DNA of 62,916 nucleotides, counting the filler, from Nemertoderma westbladi (lineage: Eukaryota; Animalia; Xenacoelomorpha), in assembly GCA_032718475.1 (NCBI GenBank). It is 3 parts of 3 records of this genome, joined end to end, with 100 filler letters (N's around TTAATTAATTAA, not from the genome) between each part and the next. Parts side by side here need not be neighbours in the genome. Positions count along the whole stretch, not along the records: positions 42,889 to 62,916 come from JAUCBJ010006306.1; 2 more parts are not named here. One strand, written 5' to 3'. Positions 47,797 through 60,900 of this stretch are shown here, piece by piece. How positions within the stretch are numbered: position 1 is the stretch's first letter; each line of letters begins with the position of its first letter. The notes below the pieces were generated by a model that worked only from the letters and a program-made list of their open reading frames with translations, did no database searches and was not told where the DNA came from. The position numbers were made by a program, and so were the translations under genes.

Positions 47797-50067
47797 AATG
47801 GCTGGGTCCGAACGTGCTATGGCTGGGTCCGAACGTGCTGGCTGGGTCCGAACGTGGTGGCTGGGTCCGAACGTGGTGGCTGGGTACGAACGTGGTGGCT
47901 GGGTCCGAACGTGCTATGACTGGGTCCGAACGTGCTATGGCTGGGTCCGAACGTGCTGGCTGGGTCCGATTGTGCTATGGCTGGGTCCGAACGTGCTATG
48001 GCTGGGTCCAAACGTGCTGGCTGTGTCCGAACGTCCTGGCTGGGTCCGAACGTGCTGGCTGGGTCCGAACCTGCTATGGATGGGTCCGAACGTGCTATGG
48101 CTAGGTCCGAATGTACTATGGCTGTGTCCGAACGTCCTGGCTGGGTCCGAACGTGCTATGGCTGGGTCCGAACGTGCTGGCTGGGTCCGATTGTGCTATG
48201 GCTGGGTCCAAACGTGCTGGCTGTGTCCGAACGTGCTGGCTGGGTCCGAACGTGCTATGGCTGGGTCCAAACGTGCTGGCTGTGTCCGAACGTCCTGGCT
48301 GGGTCCGAACGTGCTATGACTGGGTCCGAACGTGCTATGGCTGGGTCCGAACGTGCTGGCTGGGTCCGATTGTGCTATGGCTGGGTCCAAACGTGCTGGC
48401 TGTGTCCGAACGTGCTGGCTGGGTCCGAACGTGCTATGGCTGGGTCCAAACGTGCTGGCTGGGTCCGAACGTGCTATGTCTGGGTCCGAACGTGCTGGCT
48501 GGGTCCGAACCTGCTATGGATGGGTCCGAACGTGCTATGGCTAGGTCCGAATGTACTATGGCTGTGTCCGAACGTCCTGGCTGGGTCCGAACGTGCTATG
48601 GCTGGGTCCGAACGTGCTGGCTGGGTCCGATTGTGCTATGGCTGGGTCCAAACGTGCTATGGCTGGGTCCGAACGTGCTATGACTGGGTCCGAACGTGCT
48701 GGCTGTGTCCGAACGTGCTGGCTGTGTCCGAACGTCCTGGCTGGGTCCGAACGTGCTATGGCTGGGTCCAAACGTGCTGGCTGTGTCCGAACGTCCTGGC
48801 TGGGTCCGAACGTGCTATGTCTGGGTCCGGACGTGCTATGTCTGGGTCCGGACGTGCTATGGCTGGGTCCGAACGTGCTATGTCTGGGTCCGAACGTGCT
48901 GGCTGGGTCCGATTGTGCTATGGCTGGGTCCGAACGTGCTATGGCTGGGTCCGAACTTGCTATGGCTGGGTCCGAACGTGCTATGGCTGGGTCCGAACGT
49001 AATGGCTGGGTCCGATTGTGCTATGACTGGGTCCGACCGTGCTATGTCTGGGTCCGAACGTGCCATGGCTGGGTCCGAACGTGCTATGGTTAGGTCCAAA
49101 CGTGCTATGTCTGGGTCCGAACGTGCTATGACTGGGTCCGAACGTGCTATGGCTGGGTCCGAACGTGCTATGACTGGGTCCGAACGTGCTATGGCTGGGT
49201 CCGAACGTGCTATGACTGGGTCCGAACGTGCTATGGCTGGGTCCGAACGTGCTATGACTGGGTCCGAACGTGCTATGGCTGGGTCCGAACGTGCTATGAC
49301 TGGGTCCCAACGTGCTGGCTGGTTCCGAACGTGGTGGCTGGGTCCGAAATTGCTATGGCTGGGTCCGAACGTGCTGGCTGGGTCCGATTGTGCTATGACT
49401 GGGTCCGAACGTGCTATGGCTGGGTCCGAACGTGCTATGACTGGGTCCGAACGTGCTATGGCTGGGTCCGAACGTGCTATGACTGGGTCCGAACGTGCTA
49501 TGGCTGGGTCCGAACGTGCTATGACTGGGTCCGAACGTGCTATGACTGGGTCCGAACGTGCTATGGCTGGGTCCGAACGTGCTGGCTGGGTCCGATTGTG
49601 CTATGACTGGGTCCGAACGTGCTATGGCTGGGTCCGAACGTGCTATGACTGGGTCCGAACGTGCTATGGCTGGGTCCGAACGTGCTATGACTGGGTCCGA
49701 ACGTGCTATGGCTGGGTCCGAACGTGCTATGACTGGGTCCGAACGTGCTATGACTGGGTCCGAACGTGCTATGGCTGGGTCCGAACGTGCTGGTTGGGTC
49801 CGAACGTGCTATGGCTGGGTCCGAACGTGCTATGGCTGGGTCCGAACGTGCTATGGCTGGGTCCGAACGTGCTATAGCTGGGTCCGAACGTGCTATGGCT
49901 GGGTCCGAACGTGCTATGGCTGGGTCCGAACGTTTTATGTCTGGGTCCAAACGTGCTGGCTGTGTCCGAACGTCCTGGCTGGGTCCGAACGTGCTATGGC
50001 TGGGTCCGAACGTGTTATGGCTGGGTCCGAACTTGCTATGGCTTGGTTCGAACGTGCTATGGCTGGT
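47797..50067 (+). repeat. GC-rich minisatellite, 21/19-bp units GCT(AT)GGCTGGGTCCGAACGT, ~110 copies
   Basis: Direct inspection; explains the many overlapping ORFs in this interval. Confidence 0.98.
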
Positions 50068-51745
50068 CCGCAACTCCTGAAGCTCCTCGGAACTCGGACG
50101 TCCTGTCTGGATGCGGATGTCCTGACTGGATAGATGCGGACGTAGTGGTGGCCGCCGTCGTAGTGACTGGAACCGGACTTTCGGACATCCTGGCCCTGTC
50201 TGAACGTACAATGGCTATGTATACTTTTCTTGTTTTGCCGTTCCTGGGCTGCGGGAACTTCAAAGCAGAATGCGGTGATCGGCCCTTGAAACTAGTGAAG
50301 GGAGATGAGAGTACATGACTATAAGGAAACACGGAAATCAAAGTCACCGAGGATCATAATCAGTGCGTGTGTATAAATGAACACCCCTTAATTATTATGT
50401 TATCAACGAGGTTAGTTTGTCGCTTTGCTTACAGGGCCCATTTGTAAGTAGCAATAATAATGTATTGACCGGTAGTGATGTAGTTGAGAGGTGTTGGAGG
50501 TGATGGGTATCTATTTAACAACCAGTTGTTAAGTTGGGCCTATCAAAGGAAGTAATTAATGCAAAATGGAACGGTTAAACCGTGACCGATGGTCCATGAA
50601 TTACGGGCCCTGTAGTCAGTGAATGAACGTGATCTTGTAGGCCAAGGAATTAAAATAAACCACTTACATCGCTTTGCCAAACCCACGCGATTTACATGTA
50701 ATTTAAACTCATTTTATTTTTGAGTTGGATTCGCTTGGTAAATGATTTATTGCGGTATACGCAATTACCTTATTAATTACTATACTTGTTTTACCATATT
50801 TACATGCGAGATGCGAAATTGATATTCCAAACTGTAAAATTCAGACAAAAGAATGAGTGACCTTGTCACTTAATTTTCCTTACTGTACCTATTGTTTGGT
50901 GTGATTTGTCGATTTATGTTAATTTACTTAGAATTTTCATGAATAGTGAGGTAAAATACGATTGGAGCTAATCATATTTTGATAGGCTTTTTTGGACCTT
51001 AACCATTCATGACTATTTTATATAATAATATAGATAATATAGAATTCAAAAGATGTGGTTTCGATTGATTGCGAATTTATTTTGGGTTTAATGATAGATT
51101 GACTGAATGCTAGACCTTATACAACTACAACTAAACGGGCGGTACCTTCAAAGGTTTATTATATGAAAACGCAAATGTGTAAAAATCACAGCCACTCCTC
51201 CGCTTAGAGTATCACCTCTGGGATGGGTGGCGGTTTATATTTGATCTGGACGTGGGATTGACTATGGCTACCAGGCCACGGGGTGTGTGTTGTTGGTTCT
51301 AAGCAACACCTATCCTCCCTAAAACCTCTCATATTCCCTTCACTAAAGCTGACCAGTTTGTCAGGGTTTGTTAAGTTAATCAGTAAACAGGTCTACTATG
51401 GTCGTGTAGCCAACATATGGAGTGAGACGGGACACAGTTTATCAAAAGGCTCTGATAACTATAATTATTATCTCCTTTCCGAATGTCTAAATTAAGAAAA
51501 CGTTTTTAAAAAATTAAACATGAATTAAGACCTTTTGCAGAGAGAGGAGAATTTCAATGATTTTAAAATAATGAGTTGTCATTTGATATTACATCTGTTC
51601 TTGGACAAATGTACTTGGAGAGGTTGCAATTGTACTTGTATATCAGGCATAAACGTTCCCCAAAATAAAAACAAGTGTAAAGGTGTACGCAACGAGCGAA
51701 ATTTATTAACACTTCATTAAAAAATATTCCAACATCGAAAGTTAA

Positions 51746-51929
51746 ATAAATAGGCAATAAACAAGTGTCTTCCCAACGGTATAAAGGTAGAATTTAGTTT
51801 CGGGAGTACTTTCTCGTCTTGGGCATTCTTCAGACTCTATATATAAACATATACTGCACTGCAAAGACACCCTATGCCCAATGCACCTTTTTTACGGTTG
51901 GGGAAGACCCTGATTTATTTCGTATTTAT
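51746..51929. mobile_element. Small diverged MITE-like inverted repeat
   Basis: ATAAACAAGTGTCTTCCCAACGGTATAAAGGT versus inverted ACCTTTTTTACGGTTGGGGAAGACCCTGATTTAT. Confidence 0.45.
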
Positions 51930-52988
51930 GTATAATTTATGATGGACTCCTTCATAGCAGCATGTCGCTTTGTTTCAACATCTGAAGTCTATATTTTCTG
52001 TTAGTGCGTGCTGACTGCTGAGTCACTGACGGCCCATTCATCCATTGTTTCCTCTATATCTTTTCCTTTCAATGATCTTCAGCTTACCTGGAGTTGGTCT
52101 GGTTTCCTAATATTGTTTAGAGTTTTACAACGGTTAATTTCATTGCGTTTTAACTTTATTTTTATTGAACATTATTTTCGGACTTCGCGGGCCTTTCCAG
52201 TTTTTAGGGGCAAATTTCACCAACCTTACGCCTAAAATACATTTAAATGTATTCCATATAATTACATAATAATTTAATTATTATGTTATGATATATGATA
52301 TATAATTATAATTTATTCACACCAGGTTCTGCAAAATTATGAATAATAACTATATTATTATCTATAAAACTGCTATATGATGTAAAATTTCAATATGTAC
52401 AATATTTAGATACAATACAGCAGAGACAACTTAAGGAGGGGGGGGGGGGGGGGGGGAGGGGTCACATCATTAGAGCCCTTACACATAGAGTGGTTTGGTG
52501 TTTTTCTTACAAGATCCAGTCTGGTACCGGTATTGGTCAGCGGGTTCGCCCACATATGTGATACAATCAACTATTGTTCGGGTTGTGAAAAAGTCTTTGT
52601 TTTAAAAAGACAAAAATGGGTCTGAAAATCGAGTTACTAGATTACGACTTTCCAGGTTACTTACTGCCTTCCCATATGATATATAATCAGCTGAAAATAT
52701 TTGTTCAAATGTAGGGGTTGTTCCCACACCACTTGAAGTTGAAGACAACTTCGTTTAAAATAAAAATGTAACTACAGATTTATGTCACTCAGATCCAAAC
52801 ATTGACAAAATTTACTAGCCGTTTCATTAGAACGCAATTGAGTTTTTTTCGCCATGCGGTGTACACAGTAAAACAGTAGCAGCACCTACTGAGTACAACG
52901 TTTCGTTAAGTGCATTACTCACAATGCCACTCAGTCCTAAAGATATGAAACTCCACCCTCCCTTCAAGGTAACAGATTAAGCTGTAAA

Positions 52989-53090
52989 CCAATCATGATC
53001 ATTTTTGTAATAGGCAACTGGACGATGAACCAATAGAAATCCTTGCATTTCCTACTATAATTTCAGTAGGGCGCAGAGTTTGATCATCTG
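52989..53090 (+). promoter_or_regulatory. Candidate FoxA core promoter
   Basis: CCAAT at 52989 and 53030, TATAAT at 53056, and an Inr-like TCATCT whose A (53086) lies 30 nt after the TATA. Motif spacing only. Confidence 0.35.
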
Positions 53091-53487
53091 ACGTTTAAAG
53101 TTTGTGAAGTCAACACTAGAAGCGATATTCATCTGTTGGCACTGAGACGACATTCACTCACCAATGCCAATACTATATTTGAATTGATTACGCCGCACAA
53201 ATATTTGTCGAATTGTTTTACAGTAGCGACAGGCCTAATCCAATCTCAAGTGATATTGTAGGGTAATTTTGTTTGATGTGCAAACTCGCTGTAAGCTATT
53301 ATTAGTTACGTACAAACACAAGGCGTTTGTTAACCAACAAATACCTTCTGCTTCTCTGAGGAAAGGCGCACAGTGGTAGAGCGTCATCTATTATACGAAG
53401 CGAACAGGAATCAAACAGTGTTAAAGGCGAGACATCATCTAATATTCCAAAACAAATATTAACATAGGGTTGATTAGCTTAATCGAG

Positions 53488-53956
53488 ATGTTGGTCTCAC
53501 CTCACAAACCTTACTCCAGCCCTCCAAGCATGGGTTCTTCCATGACGTCAATGCAGAATCCAGCTGACCCCTATTACGCCGGTACCTATGGTAACGGAGC
53601 GGCGAGCTACTCCCAGATACAGATGCCATCTACCGGTTTGATGCCGCAGTCGGGATACATGAACTCGGGTGGCGTCGCCACCATGTCTCCGCCGTACTCG
53701 CTTGGGGGAGGCGCCTATCCCTATGGCAACAGTTACGGGGGACCCCCGTCTACATATACATTGGAGGGTATCCAAGGTTACCGTAGCTCGACCCCACCCG
53801 ACTGCCATCGGGGCACACTCGGACATATCGGTGGCGGCCAACTCAACTCCATGGAGAAGGCGGCATGGAGACGGTCTTACACCCACGCCAAACCCCCCTA
53901 CTCATATATTAGTCTCATCACCATGGCAATCCAAAATTCACCAAATGGAGAATCAC
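53488..53956 (+). CDS. FoxA: FoxA exon 1 (N-terminal S/G/Y/M-rich region and forkhead helix 1)
   Basis: ATG at 53488; donor C|GTAAGT (phase 1). Confidence 0.9.
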
Positions 53957-56900
53957 GTAAGTCTGATACGAATAATAATATTTTTTTCCCTTTGGAAAAT
54001 GTCATCTGGTTACCGGTAGTTATTATTTTAGTTAATGTTTAACATTTGAACTTATTTATCACTAAAATATCTAAAGCTATTTTATTTCTCTTGAGTTCTA
54101 AACCCAAATTGTTCTTAACATTTGTATTGTAAAGCCACTGATCTGTGATCTATTTCTATCAACATGTTAGGGTGGGTGACTTGGTTAATAATTTTTGTTT
54201 TTTAAAACTTTTTTCACTTTTTCGCTATAATTTTTTATTATTAGCGTTTTTATGTAATATATCCCTTGGTGTTTATTATATAAATTGATAAATGGACCCA
54301 TGTAGGATGTAGGGCTTTTTACAATTTTGTCATCTTATCTTATCATTTAACGCCCTTTTTTCCCGTTGGGGAGTGTAAAGAAATATATTATTATTATTAT
54401 ATAAATTGAGATATTTTCAATAAATAAACAGTAATTATGACACAATTTTACTATTGCAAACATTAAACTCATGGGCACCACGATAAATTAACGCGCATAA
54501 GTTAATGTAAGGCCTCGTGCGGCATTCTAAACAAATTGAAATGGATATTGTACCTGTAATAAGAAATACTGTAGTTTTAAAAAAATATGAAGGCCAGAAC
54601 TAAGAACTAAGGGAAAAAAGTTCTCAGAACTTATTTTTGAAATAAGAAATTTAATTAGCTTATTTATCTATGCGATAAAGTACTCCAAGTCAACGATAAA
54701 CTGAGTTAGTAGTATGGTAGAAAAATTAAGCCCTGAGCTGTATAAATGGGCAATGGGGGGGCCTTTAGATTTTATAACGAGGTAATGGACCTTAGCGGAA
54801 TTATCCTTATGTGACACCCTATGAAAATGGTATGTAACATAGTGGAGGTGGCGGAAATATATTTAGGTAAGTTAGGTCCCGACTATTTGATCAGGTCAAG
54901 TGTTCGCTCCCCCAATGCTGCACACACACGGACCCTGTCAGGACCAGTTCTACTTGTAAACTGAATGAATAGGCACCTCCGGTACAGAACCTTGCAATTG
55001 TAGCTGATAGCCGACTATTCCTAAAGGTAGCCAAGCCCAGGAGGGCCCGTTGGTTGGCCCCTTCTTAAATAACCTGACGTACTTATTGTGACGGACTGTC
55101 AATAATAAATTACCAGGATTGTGATTACAGTGATACTACTACTACTATGATCGGCATGCTGCATTGCAGCTGCATTTTTAAGAATGCTGTGCCGGCTTGT
55201 CGACAAAATTGCGCCGCCACAACTCCCTACCCTATCACCCATGACATTTGCTAGATCATCCGCATATTCAAGGCCAGTGTCCTTTAAGATGCGTCTCAAG
55301 AAAGTCATGAGCTGTCCATCATGCTTATTCACTCCATGAGGCTGCAGTGATGGATGTAAAATAATGTTATATTTTCTTCCTTATATAGGAATGGTAACAC
55401 TCAACGAAATATACCAATTTATTATGGATTTATTCCCCTACTACCGGCAGAATCAACAACGTTGGCAGAATTCCATCCGACATTGTCTCTCATTCAATGA
55501 TTGCTTTGTTAAGGTGAGATACGCGTTTGTTATTTACGAAAGGGCGGGTAAAGGTATACCTGTAACTGTAATAAGAAAACTTATGTATCAATTCCAGGCA
55601 AAAATGTACACTATGAATAAACACTATTGATAACAATAATAATGAAATGTTAATTCAGATTCAAAATTATAGTAAGTATTTCCATTACTATAGGTTCCAA
55701 GGACCCCGGAGAGACCGGGGAAGGGAAGTTTCTGGACATTGCACCCCGACGCTCACAACATGTTCGAGAATGGGTGCTACCTCAGACGCCAAAAACGATT
55801 CAAATGTGAAAAACGTCAAGCCGCGAAACAATCACAGGTTTAGTTATTATATTAATAATTTAGATAAATTAAAAAACTATTTATTTTCACTAAACAAATG
55901 TTATAAATACAGATATAAATAAAGACAATCGTGTAATAATTTTATGGAATATAAATAAATGTATATTATGGCGTTTGTTTCAATAGAAATCGGGCTCACA
56001 ACATAAGTCTCGTTCGCACTCTCTAATGATGAATAACGATTTGGACGATAAACTAACCCCCAAAGATGAGAACGATATGATGGAGATTAAAGCTGACGTG
56101 GATTACGTCAAGTCAGAAAGTGTTGTTATGACGTCACCGATTCACCAGGCGCTAGGTGTTGATCAGTGTCAGGTAAGAAAGAAAGAGTACACTTGATTCC
56201 GGTACAGAATATAAGATAGTGTAGAGGATCTGGTTAGGTGAGTTCGTGAGTTAATATGACCGCAAAGACCAAATATGTGTTCAGTGGGTTTCAAAATTTT
56301 ATTTAAAACATTACGGGAAAGGAGAAGTTACATTGTTTACTAAACAAAACTTAATTTCAAATGAGACCAAAAGAGCTGGAGATAAAAAAAATTTACAATT
56401 TCGGCCAATGACGTCACTATTGGTATACAAGACCTCGGAGATGTCTGTGTTTATACAATATAATCGAATGTCCAGCCAATATAATTATTTGGTATTACAG
56501 GTGTCTAAGGAATCGATGTACAATGGTTTGCATAGCGACCTCAGTTCCCATGGCAACCCCACCAACATTCACCACAACCCAGTCATTATAGACCAAGCCT
56601 ACGGAATGGCAATGAGTCACAACCATTACCCGATACACAATAACTTACAATCCTACAGCGGCACACAATTCTATCCAACGAACGCTCGGATCAGCTACCC
56701 TGGATCTACGGTTTCCACATCAGGTACAGTTAGTTATATATAACACGTTGGTGAAGACATCTCGAACAATGTCACGCACAAATATCTAAAGAATAGGCTT
56801 AACCAATACGATGTCGAAGTGTCCGAGGGTCAGAACAGCTTTCACAAAAGTTTTGGCGTCCCAGGTTCAAATCCGACTAACTAAATCCGAATAAATTTCG

Positions 56901-57846
56901 CATATTATGTCCCTAAGAAAGTCACTTACTATAGACTTTATTTACGCAAACCCTGTGGTACAATGGGGACATGACTTCCGCTGGGGAGGGGGGGGGGGGG
57001 GTGTTTGGATAGTTATGGAGTATGCAACCTTGGGAGTTGGTATGGTAAATCCCTGCCTAACAGGTAACAGCCAAGTGAGAGGAGCCATTTTTATACGTTC
57101 GCCGATCACTTTACTTCACTTACATAATAATATTAATGAACAGGTCTAACTTGTTATAGCAAAATATAAATTACATTATATCAAGTAGAAGTGAATAATA
57201 CTTTTCGTAGTCATAATAAACAATAAAGTTAACAAACTCAATATTATTAACAAAAAATGCCATCTGTTTTACAGGATACGAAAATTCAGCGTATCACCAC
57301 CCTCCAATTAGAGCGGTGGACACCAGATACCTGGACGGTGGACACACTACCACAGACTGCGTGAGTCCATGCAACATGGGCCAGCCGTGTTCGAATAATG
57401 ACCACATCTCGGACATACACTTGCATCACTCCGGTAACCTAGCGACCGCGCCTATCCTTGGTAACGGACCTCCCCATTATCCAACAGTTGACTCTTTCAG
57501 CCATCCGTTCTCCATCAACGCAATAATAAATCCAGTCGCGGATATTGATAACAAACTCGACTCGTCTAAACTCTGTTACGCTAACGGCTATACAACGTAC
57601 GATACTGCGGTGTCCATATCCGGTGGCGAGGGTGGCGTAGGTACAACGGTTTCCCAGGGAACAACCAATGATAATAAACTCGGCGTTAGCCCTACGGGTA
57701 ACGCGGTTATGCGACACGCTATGGCAGTGGGTGAACGCCACCCTATGGCACTGGGTGAGCGCCACTCTATGGCAGTGAGTGACACCCACGAAGATTTTGC
57801 TGGATACGCTCAGTGTGTTTCACCGGAACAAACAACTACCTTATAA
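53488..57846 (+). CDS. FoxA: Forkhead box A (FoxA/HNF3/fork head) transcription factor; join(53488..53956,55389..55513,55694..55837,55987..56172,56501..56723,57275..57846), 1719 nt, 572 aa
   Basis: [22 protein letters not shown] / [29 protein letters not shown] / [28 protein letters not shown] are FoxA-diagnostic. C-terminal [11 protein letters not shown] (EH1-like region II). All introns are GT-AG and phase-compatible. Confidence 0.95.
55133..55355 (-). mobile_element. RTE-like LINE 3' remnant in FoxA intron 1
   Basis: [33 protein letters not shown] parallels the RTE C-terminus at 20580..20750 and is followed by an (AGT)n tail. Confidence 0.6.
55389..55513 (+). CDS. FoxA: FoxA exon 2 (forkhead helices 2-3)
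   Basis: TATAG|GA acceptor; AAG|GTGAGA donor. Confidence 0.95.
55694..55837 (+). CDS. FoxA: FoxA exon 3 (forkhead wings)
   Basis: TATAG|GTT acceptor; [40 protein letters not shown]; CAG|GTTTAG donor. Confidence 0.93.
55987..56172 (+). CDS. FoxA: FoxA exon 4
   Basis: AATAG|AAA acceptor; 62 open codons; CAG|GTAAGA donor. Confidence 0.8.
56501..56723 (+). CDS. FoxA: FoxA exon 5
   Basis: TTACAG|GTG acceptor; H/N/Y-rich open frame; G|GTACAG donor (phase 1). Confidence 0.78.
56810..57100 (+). mobile_element. Degenerate tRNA-derived SINE in FoxA intron 5
   Basis: B box CAGGTTCAAATCC followed by TGTCCCTAAGAAAGTCACTTA, resembling the GTGTCCTTGGGCAAGGCACTT core of ancient SINEs. Confidence 0.45.
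57275..57846 (+). CDS. FoxA: FoxA exon 6 (contains the EH1-like motif and the stop codon)
   Basis: TTTTACAG|GA acceptor completes a Gly codon; [11 protein letters not shown]; TAA at 57844..57846. Confidence 0.88.
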
Positions 57847-57969
57847 GTTCTAGAATGTATAATAATTACATATATATACGGGGATAGGATATTTGAGATG
57901 GACCTATACCAATGCGTACTGCGGGAATATATACAAACATTCCAACCAGTTAAACAAGTTATATACTGT

Positions 57970-57975
57970 AATAAA
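57970..57975 (+). terminator. Candidate polyadenylation signal for FoxA
   Basis: First AATAAA after the stop codon, followed by T/GT-rich sequence. Confidence 0.4.
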
Positions 57976-60900
57976 TGTTTTGGTAAAGGTTACTTTATAT
58001 TTATTAATTACAGTGATTAGCAGAAATCGACAGTTTAGTTAATTAAGTACTTAGGCCTACATAGATTAAACTTTACTTATTATGTGACAAAATATTATTT
58101 GTTATCTTTAAATACCATGTACCGTAGTTAAATAATGCGAAATTTTGAATATTTTTCAATATATATATTGCAATAACGACAAACACAACTTTATTTAGAA
58201 TTATCTCTAACACAGAAAACAAGGATTACTCGCCTTACTTCGCTTGTCGGTAACGGGAAAAGTTTAATTAAAGGCAAATAATGTTATAGTTTATTTTACA
58301 GTTCGAGAGAGTCGATAAAGTGTATTGAAGTAAAATGATAAGTGTAACATAAATATAACATCAACCGCAAAATCCGCAAATTTAATATTGTTATATTCAC
58401 AGTGGATCAGAAAATAAACTCTATACACGGGGCCAGGTCCGTCTATCTTTTAAAAACCATAAAATTTACTTATTGGGAATGCAAAAATGGCATAATAATA
58501 TAGCTACTAACAATGACGTCATGGATTTTAACCGAATGTGCTAAATAATAATAATACGTTAATGTAAACTCCCTTTCGGGGTAAATAGGAACACATAATA
58601 GTTTATGAGTTAGACCAACTACACTGTATAAGTAATCACGGGTACGGTTATGTTACGAAACTGATACTATTAAGTTAAGCACTTAGTAAAAGGCCTGTGA
58701 GTAAAATAAACTTTATCAAATTGCTGGTTATCAAAATCTGAGAAACGTTAGTGTAAAAAATTATATAAATTATTAAAATTATAAATATTTAAGCATGTAT
58801 GCGAGGTGGACAATGTAGTCAATGTAAGACAATGTTAGAAGTTAAATAAATAAATAAATATAATTATATATTAAACTAACTATAAAGGCATATCTACCAA
58901 CTATTTAAAAAAAACAACAGGACAGCGTCTTGCGTGCCATGTGCCTTAAACTGCGGGGGAAACTGGCCGATCATCTGAATGCCGTGAGCTGATTATTGAT
59001 TTCATGCCTCGTCGAAGTCATGTTGCTTTCAGTTTGTACATTACTTGGTCATTGAATGCCAGCCAGTAAGTTTTTTCTACTTCACAAGTTTGAAAGAGCT
59101 TATTAATGTAATAGTTGCCTTGTATTGTGATTATTTCAAAATTAGGAATTACGTAGAACACAAGTGATTAGAGTGTTAACAATCCCCTGAGGGGTTCCAA
59201 GTTCGCTATCTCACCAATCCCTATTGTGAGCATTTTAGGTGCCACAGTGAACTCGGCTTCACAACATACAGTGTCCAATTAATTATCAGCAGTCCCTAAT
59301 CTATTAGCAGCGGTACTGCACACAACCACCCGAGTGTTTCCTGTCGTGTGACAAAAACTAAATCTTGGGTTGATAGGGGCTCCCACCTGCCGATATCGGA
59401 GTCTCACTTCCTCGATCCTTCCTGTCTCGGTACCGGTGCCATCTTATCGGCGTCAACCACTTATAATCCAGCAAGCGACTAGTTCCACCGGGGAAGCATC
59501 TTTCAATGCCCAACCAAACTAACAATAAATGTCACTGATTATTATTTTATGGGGCAGTTTATATAATAAAACATATATATTAATGGTTTCGAAATTATGC
59601 ACTTGATTAATGTGATAGTTTCATGTTTGACCTCAGTCCTCACTTACGACAATCGACAAATGATTTATTGAGTGACTAGGCGACCACAAAATGTAAATTA
59701 TATCGTCAATATGTTATGGAAATAATAGAAACCAACGACAATAATCGTTTTATGCCATGATGGTGCAGATATAACAATAATCAACGAGTTGTTTAAAGGA
59801 AGAAAACGATGGGTAATTTGAGGAAAACAGTAGAACCTGCTCCGAATCGTACATTGCCTACTAGAATGGCGACGAATGTTTATTGAGTAACTTTAATGGG
59901 AATTGAATTACAGTCACAACTGCTTACTTCTGAGGTGATGGCGATATTGCCCAAGGATTCCGCCGACCTTAAACTCAACCTGATTCTCGATTGCATTTAC
60001 TTACATTTTTGCTAACCTATTTTTTAGAACGAAATAAAAAACACTGTCAGTGTGTTGCATACCGGCCATATTGATTATTAACCGGAAACGCGATGTGCGT
60101 TTGTCAAACACATTGTAAGATACTGATCTTGCGTTCTCCAAGAAGAATAATGAAAATGTTTCCAACAGGGCATCTTTATCAAAATAATATTTTGAATTCT
60201 CATGAATACAACCAATTGGATAAGGTTTAAGTTAAAATGAAACCAATTCATTATCGATTGGATATTTGAGGTCCAAGGTCATAAAGAGTGATTTTGGGGC
60301 GGCGCGGTGAACGGTACTCAAGGTTGCGCCATGTTTGCGGACTTATATCTCGTGTTTAGAAGTAAAATGTTCCTTTATTGAAACCTAATTACATTCGAAG
60401 GATTTAAGATAAACCAACGGTGCCACAAGTGGTGTTGATCCACATGCTGTTCCAACAACTTTAATGTTAACAAAAATATTACAATTTTTTAAACAACAAA
60501 ATAACATAATTTAATAATAAAATAACAATTTAAATTGAAAGTTTATTTCACAAATACTTGTATATCGTCGACATTTAATGTTTGTGATAATATTGTAAAT
60601 GGAAATATTTTAATATAATTTAAATAATTTATGAAAAAAATAAAGAAATATTTTAAATAGCGAAACATGTTGCTACACAGTATAATAATATTTTTATTAC
60701 TAATTTCAGAATAGTGTCAATTTTGAGCTTGAAAGTGATTATCAAATCCCATTCTTATATTTTCTGAACTGCTAACGGTTCCTATACAAGGTTTTAAACT
60801 TCCAATATGCAATGAAAATAATATCTTTATCTTGGCCTGTAAGAAGGAGAGGAGGGGGTGGTACCTCTAGGCCAATTAACAAATCAATAAATAAAGTGCG

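Noticed and set aside
47798-50211. Many long ORFs (AMAGSER / SHSTFGP / CYGWVRT repeats) as proteins or a neuropeptide precursor
   Set aside because: They are read-throughs of 21-bp units and shift frame at every 19-bp unit; there is no signal peptide or dibasic cleavage pattern.
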